Below are positions 12,226 through 22,156 of a DNA stretch of 64,000 bases, piece by piece; the stretch's first letter is position 1, and the number at the start of each line of letters is the position of its first letter. The DNA is from an uncultured delta proteobacterium (GTDB lineage: Bacteria > Desulfobacterota > Desulfobacteria > Desulfobacterales > Desulfatirhabdiaceae). The translations under genes and the position numbers were made by a program. The DNA lies in the NCBI GenBank assembly GCA_963789395.1, contig CAWBKP010000010.1, positions 96,001-160,000 on the forward strand, given 5' to 3'. The notes below the pieces were generated by a model. That model searched no databases and was not told where the DNA came from. It saw only the letters and a list, made by a program, of their open reading frames with translations.

Positions 12226-14445
12226 ATGAATAATCCAAGTCCCGTTTCACGTTTTCTTCCTGGTTTTATTCCTTTATTATCACTTTTCGTCTGCCTGCTA
12301 TCCTTGATATGCATCGGGCCTGCCATAACCCCGGGTTTTGCAGCCCAGGTGACGCTGGCATGGGATGCCAATACCGATCCCGCTGTTGCAGGGTACAAAC
12401 TCTATTATGGAAAAACGTCTCGAACCTACGGAACGCCGGTAGATGTCGGTAAAGTCACTCAATTCACCCTGAGCGGCATTGAAGAAGGAAAAAATTGTTA
12501 TTTTGCGGTAACAGCCTACGATACGAACCACAACGAAAGCGCGTTTTCCACGGAACTGGAATGTTTTACACTGATGCCTGCGCAGAGTGTCAACGGAGCC
12601 ATAAGCCCTTCCAGTGCGGTAGTGGTCAGTCGCGGCATGGGTCAGACTTTTACAATAACGCCGGCAGCCAATTACAAAGTCTCTGACGTGTCAGTTGACG
12701 GAGTGTCCATGGGAGCGGTCACCACCTGTACATTTTCCAATGTAACGGCCAATCACACCATCTCTGCCAGCTTTACTTCCAGTACCGCCATCACCTCTCC
12801 AACCACTTACTCCATCACGTCTTCTGCGGACGCCTACGGGCCATCTCGCCCGCGGGTTCTGTTTCGGTTAATTCTGGCGCCAGCCAGAGCTATACCATCA
12901 CGCCTTCTGCCAATTACAAGGTATCCACTGTCCTGGTTGACGGGGTATCCGTGGGAGCGGTTACCAGTTATACATTTTCCAGTGTGGCTGCCAATCACAC
13001 CATCGCTGCCAGCTTTGCACCTGTCAGCAGCACATACACTATCAGTGCATCCGCCGGCTCGGGGGGCAGCATTTCTCCTTCTGGAAATGTTCAGGTTCAA
13101 AATGGTGTCAATCAGGTGTTTACAATTAAGCCGAACCGGAAATACAGTGTCGCCGAATGTGTTTGTCGACGGAATCTTCCGTTGGGGCTGTGACCTCTTA
13201 TACATTTTCCGGTGTTCAGGCCAATCACAGTATTTCAGCGACCTTTAAAAGTAGTAGCACCTCTAAGAAGCCATAAAACGTCGAGCATCGTCGGCCGGTC
13301 TTCCCGGACAGCTTCTTCCAGCAATTTTCTGGCCTTCAGCAGCCTCCTTCAGCAGCCTGAAATTGTTTCCAGCAGCTGTCTTCTTGCCGGCAGCGGAGTG
13401 CTTCCTGGCAGCGGCGGGTGGATCGAAGTGCTGGATCCCCAGGGAGAACCAGGCAGCGCTTCCCGTTCATATTGACTGGCCGGAGTACAACAATCTCAGC
13501 GGAGAAATGCGGATCGCCACCGGAGACATTGACGGCGACGGCCTGGATGAAATCATCGTGGGGCTGGGACCGGTACAGGGTGCTTCCGGCATTCCCGGCG
13601 GGTATTTTGCGGTGCTCGATGACGATTATTCCGTCTTGGCCTGGGGCCAGGTGGAATGGCCGGAGTACAATGCAATCAACGGCGAAACCCGGCCTGCCTG
13701 CGGCGATATCGACGGAGACGGCATCGATGAAATCATTGTCGGGCTTGGTCCCGGAGGAGAGGGCCGCCTGGAGGTGTTTAAATTGGTGGATCACCAGCTG
13801 AAACATGTCAAGTGGCTGCAGACCGGCTGGCAGGATTACAACAGGGGCAACGGCGAGACCCGGCCTGCCTGCGGCGATCTGGACGGAAACGGCACGAAAG
13901 AGGTGATCGTCGGACTGGGGCCGGTCAGCGGCAACCCGGATATCCCGGGCGGCGTCTTTTTCATCTTTGATCACACATCAGCCGGAAGTGCGGATCTTCA
14001 GGATTCCAGCCAAAGCGACGCCAGCGGCTGGGGCGTGATCAGCTGGCCGGACTATAACCGTATCAACGGGGAGAGCTGGCCGGCCTGCGGGGATGTCAAC
14101 GGCGACGGCAAGGATGAGATCGTGCTTGGTCTGGGCAAACAGGGCACAGGCCGGTTCGAAATACTGGGGTTTGACCTGGTGCAGAACAGTACCCAGCATA
14201 TCGCCTGGCAGCAGAGCCTTCTTTCCGCAGGTGCGGAAGTCCGCCCTGCCTGCGGCCATTTGGGGTCGGATGGCGGAGATGAAATTGTCATCGGATACAT
14301 AAAGGACGGCGTTGGTATCATGGAAGTATTTGGAAATGCCTCTCAGGATTTTCAGCCGATCAGACAGGTGCAAACGCAGTTCAAGGCTTTCCGGAATCAG
14401 GAGAGCCAGATCTGGCCTGCTGTTTTTCACCCGGAAAACCAATAG
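12226..14445 (+). CDS. Secreted/surface protein: signal peptide, FN3 domain, 3 divergent InlB B-type repeats, FG-GAP-like Ca-binding repeats (several frameshifts)
   Basis: AGGAGG RBS; VTLAWDAN..VAGYKLYYG..YFAVTAYD; three GxISP..VDG..YTFSxVxANHxIxAxF repeats; four GD(I/L/V)(D/N)GxGxxE repeats plus a degenerate fifth. Pieced from ORFs 12220..13248, 12951..13193, 13212..13475 and 13363..14445. Confidence 0.85.
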
Positions 14446-14448
14446 AAA

Positions 14449-14482
14449 AAAGGCGTGGGCTACTACAATAGCCCACGCCTTT
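14449..14482. terminator. Intrinsic (probably bidirectional) terminator
   Basis: AAAGGCGTGGGCTA-ctacaa-TAGCCCACGCCTTT is a perfect stem between convergent genes. Confidence 0.85.
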
Positions 14483-14648
14483 CACTTGATATCACAATTT
14501 CAAAATGAAGCTTTAACTGACTTATTTATGATCCACTGATACAAGAAACCCGAATGTGAGCACCTATCATGATGCGCTTTATCGAATTTCAGTACAATCG
14601 ATAACTTCTCAGTCAATTGACTTGGAAAGTTGATCAGAAAAAATATAG

Positions 14649-15557
14649 TTATTTAACCTTTAGATAATTTATGGAAATATTTAACATATCAACTATTTGT
14701 TCGATATCTTCCGTCATCACAAAACGCATCAGGGGAACCGGTTGAAGGGGAGAAATCGCCACCTCGATAATGCCCGGATTTTTTATAAAATTCTGAACAG
14801 CCAGCAATCTATCCCTGCCCGCAGGCTGTTTTTGTTTCTGAATTTCCAGATTCAACTGATGGATGATATCGGAAACAAATTGATCTTCGCTTTGCCCGGA
14901 CTGCCGGGCTCCGAGTCTGAATGAGTCTTCGAACAATAGAATGATCCAGATAATTCAAGGTAATTCCGGATATTGCCACAGCCGGAACCAGAGCGATCAG
15001 CGTTAACGGATTACTTGGGAACCGATTTGACAACAGCCAGGTCCAGGTTGTTCAACCGGGCGGTAACCTCAATCTGGCCCATGTCTGAAACACGGATGCG
15101 AACCTGCTGAATCTCCAGATCTTTTTTCATCGGATCATAACGATAGGCATACTCCACATTGGCCTCAATATCTGCATACCCAAGCTGTGCCAGCACCGGC
15201 GCTACCCCCTTCATGAAGTGAATTGCTCCGGCTGATGTGAATTCCTTGAATTTCAACATGCATGAAAGAAGGAATTTCATTTTTGACGTCAAATGAATGC
15301 AGCATCAGCCTGTCAATGGCGACAGGACTGTCCGTATCCTTGATTTGAAGGGAAACCTGACTTACCTGGACGGTTTTTGAAAAAAGCCCCACATCCAGGG
15401 ATTGGTAGGAGAGGCTGGAAATCCTGTCTGTCTGATTTGCCCACTGTTGAATGCGGCTCCTGGCATCGTTTTCAATATAAATTTGAGCTCCCAGATAGGC
15501 GCCGGCACTCAGGATCAGCAGGAGTCCCGCTATAATTCCGATGTGTTTTCGGGTCAT
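14649..15557 (-). CDS. Hypothetical exported/membrane-anchored protein (frameshifted)
   Basis: GGAG RBS and N-terminal TM helix. Four overlapping same-strand ORF pieces (15165..15557, 15011..15292, 14809..15033, 14649..14936). Confidence 0.65.
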
Positions 15558-15622
15558 TTTTCCTCCGTCATGTCGTCACATATTGAAAAAACGCTCTTAA
15601 CCTGCTACAGTTGTCGCAGATT

Positions 15623-16600
15623 ATGGAAATTCATATTACGTACACCCTTTTAGCGGCTTTTGTCCTGGATCTGATACTGGGAGATCCCCTCTGGCTGTTT
15701 CATCCGGTTCGATGGATGGGCACGGCCATTTCAAGAATGGAGCCGGTTTTCAGACGCCTGAAGATGCCTCTGGTCATTTCAGGCGCGCTGTTTGCCGGAT
15801 CTCTGGTTTTGGGTGCATGGGGGATTGCCGATCTTCTGGTGTATCTGGCCGGCATCCTTCATCCGGTCTGCCGGCTTATCCTTGAAACCCTTTTGATTTA
15901 TTATTGCATCAGTCCATCCTCTCTCAGAAAAGCAGCCATGGAAGTTGACCATGCGCTGATATCCAGCGGATTGCCGAAGGCGCGAAACAAGATTTCTTTT
16001 ATTGTGGGACGTGAAACCGAACATCTCTCGGAACAGGGGGTGATTCGTGCCGCTGTTGAAACCGTTGCCGAAAATCTGGTGGACGGCATCATCTCTCCGC
16101 TGTTTTATGCCGCCATCGGCGGCGCACCGCTGGCCATCGCCTACCGGATGGTGAACACCCTGGATTCCATGGTCGGCTACCGCAATGACGTTTATCTGCA
16201 TTTTGGCAAGGTTTCCGCACGGCTGGACGATATCGCCAATTTTATTCCCGCGCGGCTTTCGGTTCCGGTTATCGCTTTCGCAGCACAACTCTTATCCGGG
16301 AGTGGAAAGCGCGCCTTCCAAACCGCTGTTCATGAAGGAGCGCATCATGCCAGTCCGAATTCCGGTTATTCAGAGGCTGCTTTTGCCGGAGCGCTGTCCG
16401 TTAAACTGAACGGCCCGAGCACATATCATGGCAAGCTGGTCAACAAACCCTATCATCGGCATTGCCTTTGGGAATGTGACGCGAAGCGATATCCGAAAAG
16501 CCTGCGATCTGATGCTTCTCTGTTCATTTCTGTGGACATTTCTCCTGGCAGTCATTTCCGCTGTCGCGATAACCCTTGACCCCTTCGTCATATTACTGCT
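15623..16600 (+). CDS. cbiB: Adenosylcobinamide-phosphate synthase CbiB/CobD (frameshift near 16450; 3' end uncertain)
   Basis: LDLILGDP..HPVRWMG, IVGRET, VETVAENLVDG, VNTLDSMVGY, SPNSGYSEAAFAGAL. Confidence 0.93.
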
Positions 16601-16658
16601 TTCAGTTCGGCGCAACCCTTCTTCTTCCGTCATTAACCCCAAAAAGCTGCTGGCCGCC

Positions 16659-17453
16659 ATGTATCCCCAACTGCCCAAATCCTATAAAAACGCCTATCCA
16701 TTTAAGATCAGCGCACCTTCGTTTATCTATCCGGATGACTACATCCCCAATGTTCAGAGTGCTGGGGCCCTTTCTGGACGAAATCGAACTGCTGTGTTTT
16801 GAAAGCCACGCGTCTTCCTTGCCGTCCCCAGAGACGATCCGGGAACTGGAATCTCTGGCAAAGGAATTCCGGTTCACTTATAATGTTCATCTCCCGTCGG
16901 ATCATGGACCCGGGAAGCCCGGAACGCAAGGAACAAAATCGGTTTGTTGAAAACATTCTTCGCGTCATGGATATCACCCGGCCCTTGGAGCCCACAACCT
17001 ATATCCTTCATCTTCCCTATAATCAAGCTCCGATTGGAAGAATTTGCGACAAAGCCTGGCAGAGCCGGATTTCAGACTGCCTCCGACAGATTAAGGGATG
17101 CAGGGGTTCAGGGTCCTGCCCTTTCCGTAGAGACGCTCGACTATCCGCTGGAATGGATTGAACAGATTCTTCGGGAATATGACCTTCGCGTATGCCTGGA
17201 TATGGGGCATCTGATCGTAAATCATGAAAATATCGAAACCACATATCATCGTTTTGCCGGACAAACGCCGATGATTCATTTACATGGCGTTAAAAACGGA
17301 AAGGATCACCTGGCTCTGGATGTCTTTGATCAGAGCTGGCTTGACAGGATATTCTCCTTACTCAAGCAGTTTACCGGAACTGTATCCATTGAAGTTTTTT
17401 CGTACAATCACCTTCTGGCTTCCCTTGCGGTACTGGAAAGGAATATGGGGTAA
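16659..17453 (+). CDS. cbiR: CbiR-like cobamide-remodelling phosphodiesterase (AP endonuclease 2/TIM-barrel superfamily; frameshifted)
   Basis: PFKISAPSFIYP, DEIELLCFES, YNVHLP, VETL, CLDMGHL, IHLHG..KDHLAL and IEVF across ORF pieces; adjacent to cbiB. Confidence 0.75.
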
Positions 17454-17462
17454 AAGGCATTC

Positions 17463-18356
17463 ATGTCCAATCATTCAAAAGGACTGATGATGATCAGCAT
17501 AACGGCCGTCCTCTGGGGCATCTTGGCCATTGTGCTCAAATATGCGCTGCAGCGGTTCAGCGGCAATACCATCATCTGGTTTCGGTTTACGTTTTCATTG
17601 GTATTTCTGGCAGGGTATTATCTCATTCATCGTCCCCAGTTTTTTGAAATCCTGATAAAGCCTCCGATTCTGGGAATCCTCGCCGGACTTGCCATGGCCG
17701 GTAACTATCTCGGTTTTACCAGCGGCGTGGGCCTGACCTCTCCCAGCAATGCCCAGATACTGATCCAGATCTCTCCGCTTCTGGTGGCGGTTGTGGGCGT
17801 TGTCTATTTCAAGGAACGCCTCACCCTTCTTCAGAAGTCCGGCTTTGGCATTGCAGCCGCAGGTTTTCTGCTGTTTTACTGGGATCAGCTTCATCACCTG
17901 GTGATCTCCTCCCAGCAATACTCTCGCGGCAACATCTGGATCATTTTTGCAGCCATCACCTGGGCATTTTTTGCAGTATGCCAGAAGCTTCTGGTGCGAA
18001 TCTGGACCCCGCAGCAGACCAATTTGCTGATTTATCTGGTTGCCGCCCTGGTCTTTTCCCCCCTGGCCGTTTTTCATGAATTTCAGGGACTGGGCCTTTC
18101 GGACTGGCTGACGCTGATATTCCTGGGCGCCAATACCCTCATTGCCTATGGCACCCTGGGCGAAGCCCTCAAACTGCTTCCGGCCAACCAGGTCAGCGCC
18201 ATTATTGTCCTGAACCCGCTGATTACCATGATTGTCGTCGGTGTTCTTTCGGTTCAGAAACTTCCCTGGCTTTCATCTGAAAGCACCACCATGGTCGGTT
18301 ATGCCGGAGCGCTGTTTCTCCTGGCAGGCGTGGGACTGGTCGTTAAAAAAGAATGA
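17463..18356 (+). CDS. DMT/EamA family transporter
   Basis: 297 aa, about 10 TM helices, LWG..IIWFRF, FKERLT, two-repeat layout. Confidence 0.9.
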   Translation: MSNHSKGLMMISITAVLWGILAIVLKYALQRFSGNTIIWFRFTFSLVFLAGYYLIHRPQFFEILIKPPILGILAGLAMAGNYLGFTSGVGLTSPSNAQILIQISPLLVAVVGVVYFKERLTLLQKSGFGIAAAGFLLFYWDQLHHLVISSQQYSRGNIWIIFAAITWAFFAVCQKLLVRIWTPQQTNLLIYLVAALVFSPLAVFHEFQGLGLSDWLTLIFLGANTLIAYGTLGEALKLLPANQVSAIIVLNPLITMIVVGVLSVQKLPWLSSESTTMVGYAGALFLLAGVGLVVKKE

Positions 18357-18385
18357 TTCGTGTCTGAACCGAAAGATCGTTCAGA

Positions 18386-18515
18386 GAAACTCCGAATACC
18401 AGAATTCGAATGTCTAAATGACTAAGCTTGTCAGTTTGATAACTGAAACTTCTATGCACTAAGCGTAATTAATTTCCGTCATTGTTTCGTATTTCATGCT
18501 TTGAATTTCGAATTT
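18386..18515. repeat. Degenerate inverted heptamer-repeat element (AAATTCG-like)
   Basis: Left arm gaaactccgaataccagaattcgaatgtctaaat; right arm ttgtttcgtatttcatgctttgaatttcgaattt. Confidence 0.5.
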
Positions 18516-18658
18516 ACAAATGATCAGATTCACAACGTGAGCAATATGCCCCTGATCACATAGGATATGGGTCGTGGCTTTGAGGTTTCAAAACAACCGC
18601 CCTGATCAATGGCCACATTTCATTTTTTCATGATTTTCGAACCGTCTTCAGATCCTGG

Positions 18659-19420
18659 TCATTTGCTGACCTTGAGTTTTTGCCCGGTACGAATCGATAT
18701 CTGTTGGGCCCATGTTGTTTAACCGCTGCAACTCATCAACAGTCATCCCATAGGACTTGCTGATGCCATACAAGGTTTCCAGGGGTTTGACTTCATGATA
18801 TTTTTCGGCTGACGTCTTTTTCTCTGGTGGTTCAACCGTGTTTGGCCGGACTGGCGGCCTCTGTTTTAGGCAGCAGCCGGCTGTTTCGGCGCTGGTTCTG
18901 TTTTGATCTGGCCAGCTGGCTGCTTTCGGCGCAGATTCTGTTTTTCGACGCTGCTGACGCTTTCGACGGAGCGCTGTTTGTGAATGGATTCGATTTCCCT
19001 TGTCATCTGGTCAAGCCGCTGCGTGGTTGAGGCTCCCAGCTTGTCGAGTCTTGCCGACACCTGTTCAAGTTTGTCCTCCTGAAGGGCGAGTTGAGCAACT
19101 TTCTGGTAATTCTGTTCCATCTCCGCCAGCTTGGTTTCCATTTTTTTCAGTTTTGCTTCCATCTCGGTGATCGGCTTGGTATCGGCCGGGTTCTGCAACA
19201 TGGGAAGAAACACGAAAAAAGCAAGCAGAACAAATACGCAGGCGCCGACAATGACCAACAGCAACCCACTGTTTTTACTCAGATTGGACATAAAACTCTC
19301 CACATTCCCTTTTTTCCAGGGGGAATAGGCATCTTCCGGATAATAATCTTCGTCCGGACCCTGTTCCGCTTCAGTGCCTCTCTTGTCTCTGAATGTATCA
19401 CGCGAAATTCTTTCTGGCAT
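18659..19420 (-). CDS. Membrane-anchored coiled-coil protein with a C-terminal LysM domain (frameshifted)
   Basis: TM helix and coiled coil in ORF 18866..19420. Downstream frames read KYHEVKPLETLYGISKSYGMTVDELQRLNNM...IRTGQKLKVSK*. Confidence 0.85.
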
Positions 19421-19564
19421 AATCTTCCTCCACCTTGATAAGGATTAAAGGATAAGGTGCTATGGATCCGTTGCAAGGAGACGACTTCAATTCTTACAAC
19501 AATAGCCGTCAGTCACACTGATTATCCTCTATTTTTGTCGGAAATCAATTCCGACCTTTCACTG

Positions 19565-20710
19565 TTAAGAGCTTATTTGCGCATAAAAAAACTGAATTCT
19601 GTCCACGACATATTCCTGTTGAGCCGCTGTCAGCTCCGGATAAACGGGAAGGGCCAACGTCTGATCGGCTGCACGTTCGGCTTCCGGAAAATCCCTTTTC
19701 CCGTAATTCAAAAATGAAAAACACTTCTGAAGGTGCAGCGGCACCGGATAATACACTTCGGTTCCGATCTCCGATTCCAGTAAAAACGCCCGAAGTTCAT
19801 CTCTTTTTTCGGCAACGCGGATGACATACTGATTGAACGTATGCCTGGTTTCTTTTTCAACGGGCAGCATCACCCGGTCCCCCAGGCCGCACTGCGAAAA
19901 CAGGCTGCGATAAGTCGCTGCATGATCCTGACGCATCTTTGTCCATTGATCCAGATAATTCAACTTGACGGATACGATGGCTGCCTGAAGCGCATCCAGC
20001 CTGAAATTGCCCCCGATCAGGCTGTGATAATATTTGGGGTGAGAGCCATGATTCCGCAGCATGACCAGGGTGTCATGAAAGGCTTTGGACTGGGTGGTTA
20101 CCATGCCGCCGTCTCCAAACGCGCCAAGATTTTTGGATGGAAAAAAGGAAAAACATCCGAAATCGCCCATTTCCCCTGCCCTTCTGCCCTTGTATTCGGC
20201 GCCGATGGCCTGAGCCGCATCTTCGATTACCGTCAGATGATTCTCCCTGGCGATTTCAAGGATCGGATCCATGTCCGCGCACTGCCCGTAGAGATGCACC
20301 GGAATGATGGCTTTCAGACGCTTCCTTTCCGCGGGGCTCATCCCTTCTATGGCGGCTGAAATGCCGTCAGGGGAGATGTTATAGGTTGCCGGATCAATAT
20401 CCACAAAACAGGGACGCGCCCCCACACGGGAAATCGAACCCGCGGTTGCAAAAAAAGTATACGGCGTTGTAATGACAATATCGTCTGCGGTTATGCCGGA
20501 TGCCATCAAGGCAATGATCAGTGCGTCGGTCCCCGAAGAAACCCCCAGCGCATGGGCGGCATGGCAGTACTGCGCCACTTGTTTTTCCAAAGCTTCAACA
20601 TGCGGCCCCAGAATAAAATACTGGCTGTCGTAGATTTCTTCCGTGACCCTGAGAACATCCTGCTTGATCAGTTGATACTGACATTTTAAATCCAGAAGGG
20701 GAACTTTCAT
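19565..20710 (-). CDS. DegT/DnrJ/EryC1/StrS PLP-dependent sugar aminotransferase
   Basis: GVSSGTDAL, PVHLYGQ, IEDAAQA, SFFPSKNLGAFGDGG. Confidence 0.95.
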   Translation of the reverse strand: MKVPLLDLKCQYQLIKQDVLRVTEEIYDSQYFILGPHVEALEKQVAQYCHAAHALGVSSGTDALIIALMASGITADDIVITTPYTFFATAGSISRVGARPCFVDIDPATYNISPDGISAAIEGMSPAERKRLKAIIPVHLYGQCADMDPILEIARENHLTVIEDAAQAIGAEYKGRRAGEMGDFGCFSFFPSKNLGAFGDGGMVTTQSKAFHDTLVMLRNHGSHPKYYHSLIGGNFRLDALQAAIVSVKLNYLDQWTKMRQDHAATYRSLFSQCGLGDRVMLPVEKETRHTFNQYVIRVAEKRDELRAFLLESEIGTEVYYPVPLHLQKCFSFLNYGKRDFPEAERAADQTLALPVYPELTAAQQEYVVDRIQFFYAQISS

Positions 20711-20727
20711 TTAACCTCGGTTCAAAA

Positions 20728-20755
20728 GAAGGGGCGGCTTTAAAACCTCCCCTAC
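20728..20755 (-). repeat. GTAG-type REP-like palindrome
   Basis: Minus strand reads GTAGGGGAGGTTTTAAAGCCGCCCCTTC; intergenic between manC and degT. Confidence 0.55.
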
Positions 20756-20782
20756 ATATGGTTTGACTGGGTATTCATATTG

Positions 20783-22155
20783 TTATGCCATTTCAGCCGC
20801 CGTCGTTATTTGAATCATGACCAGCGTATCGTTATTGTCATTTTCAATCACCGCTTGTTTTTCCGGCGCAAGATACAGGGATTCACCGGCCTGAAGCGTC
20901 ATGGACTCCGGATCCGAGCGTTGCGCCGGCAAGTCCGCCGACAATGACCAGGGTTTTGGATTCCGGTGGCTCTGCCTTAACAGTCACCGTTGATCCCGGA
21001 TATACGATCATTCGGCCAACCCGGTAATGGTCTTTTGTTTCCAGAGATGTCAAACTTCCCCAGGGCTTGGACGCGGTGGTATGCTGCTGGCACTCCCATC
21101 GCCCCTTTTCCTTGAGGGTGGTCACAATGGATTTGACATCGCGGCTGTTTTCAATATCCGAGACAAATATCGAATCCGGGGTTTCCACAATCACCACATT
21201 GTTCAGGTGATTGGCGGCAATCAGCCGTTCATGCCCCATGACAAAACAGTGATGCGAGTCATTGCAGATGACATCGCCATGAAGAACATTCTGATTTTCA
21301 TCCTTCGGCAGAAAATCATACAGCGATTTCCAGGACCCGATATCGCTCCAGCCAAAATCCGAAGGCAGCACCGCACCTTTTTGCGTTTTCTCCATAACCG
21401 CCACGTCAATGGAAATATTGGGAAGCAATTGATAGTCTTCCAGCGGCAAGGCCTGCCGGATCCGCTGCAAGGGTTTTTATTCGATGATAGAGATCCGGTT
21501 GAAATGTTTTGAATTCTTCCGCCACAACCGATGCTTTAAAAGCGAACATGCCGCTGTTCCAGAAATAATTGCCTGCCGCGACATAATGCCTGGCGGTCTG
21601 AAGATCGGGTTTTTCCACAAACCGGTTTATGGAAAGCGCGCCTTCGGAAATCAGGGTTTGTCCTTCGATATAGCCATAACCGGTTTCCGGATACCCCGGC
21701 CGGATGCCGAAGGTAACGATATAATCCGCTGCCGCCAGACGAATGGCGGATGCCAGTTTGCCGTGGAAACTGTCCACATCCTGTATCACATGATCCGCGG
21801 GGAAAATACAGAGAATGGCATCGGATTCGTTTCGAAGAATGTCAAAGAGCGCCAGAAGAATGGCCGGAGCCGTATTGCGTCCGCAGGGCTCGCTGATCAC
21901 GTTCCCATTGGCGCTGATGCCAATGGATTCGATATGCCTGGATATTTCCAGGGAATGCTCCCTGCCGCAGACAATTTTCACCCTGCTGCTGTCCAGAACC
22001 GGCGAAAGGCGCTTGATGGTGCTCTGGATCAGGGAATCGTTTCCGATAAAGCGGACCAGTTGTTTGGGATACAATTCCCGCGACACCGGCCAGAGCCGCG
22101 TCCCGGAGCCGCCGGCAAGCAGCACCGGATAGACCGGAAGATGGGAATGGATCAT
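20783..22155 (-). CDS. manC: Mannose-1-phosphate guanylyltransferase/mannose-6-phosphate isomerase (frameshifted)
   Basis: LAGGSGTRLWPVSR, EPCGRNTAPA, PETGYGYI, FVEKP, WNSGMF, GWSDIGSW, degenerate cupin tail. Confidence 0.92.
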
Positions 22156-22156
22156 T

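Noticed and set aside
13470..14130. Recurring DNA repeats as a possible CRISPR array
   Set aside because: They are in-frame protein repeats with synonymous variation; no cas genes and no constant repeat-spacer pattern.
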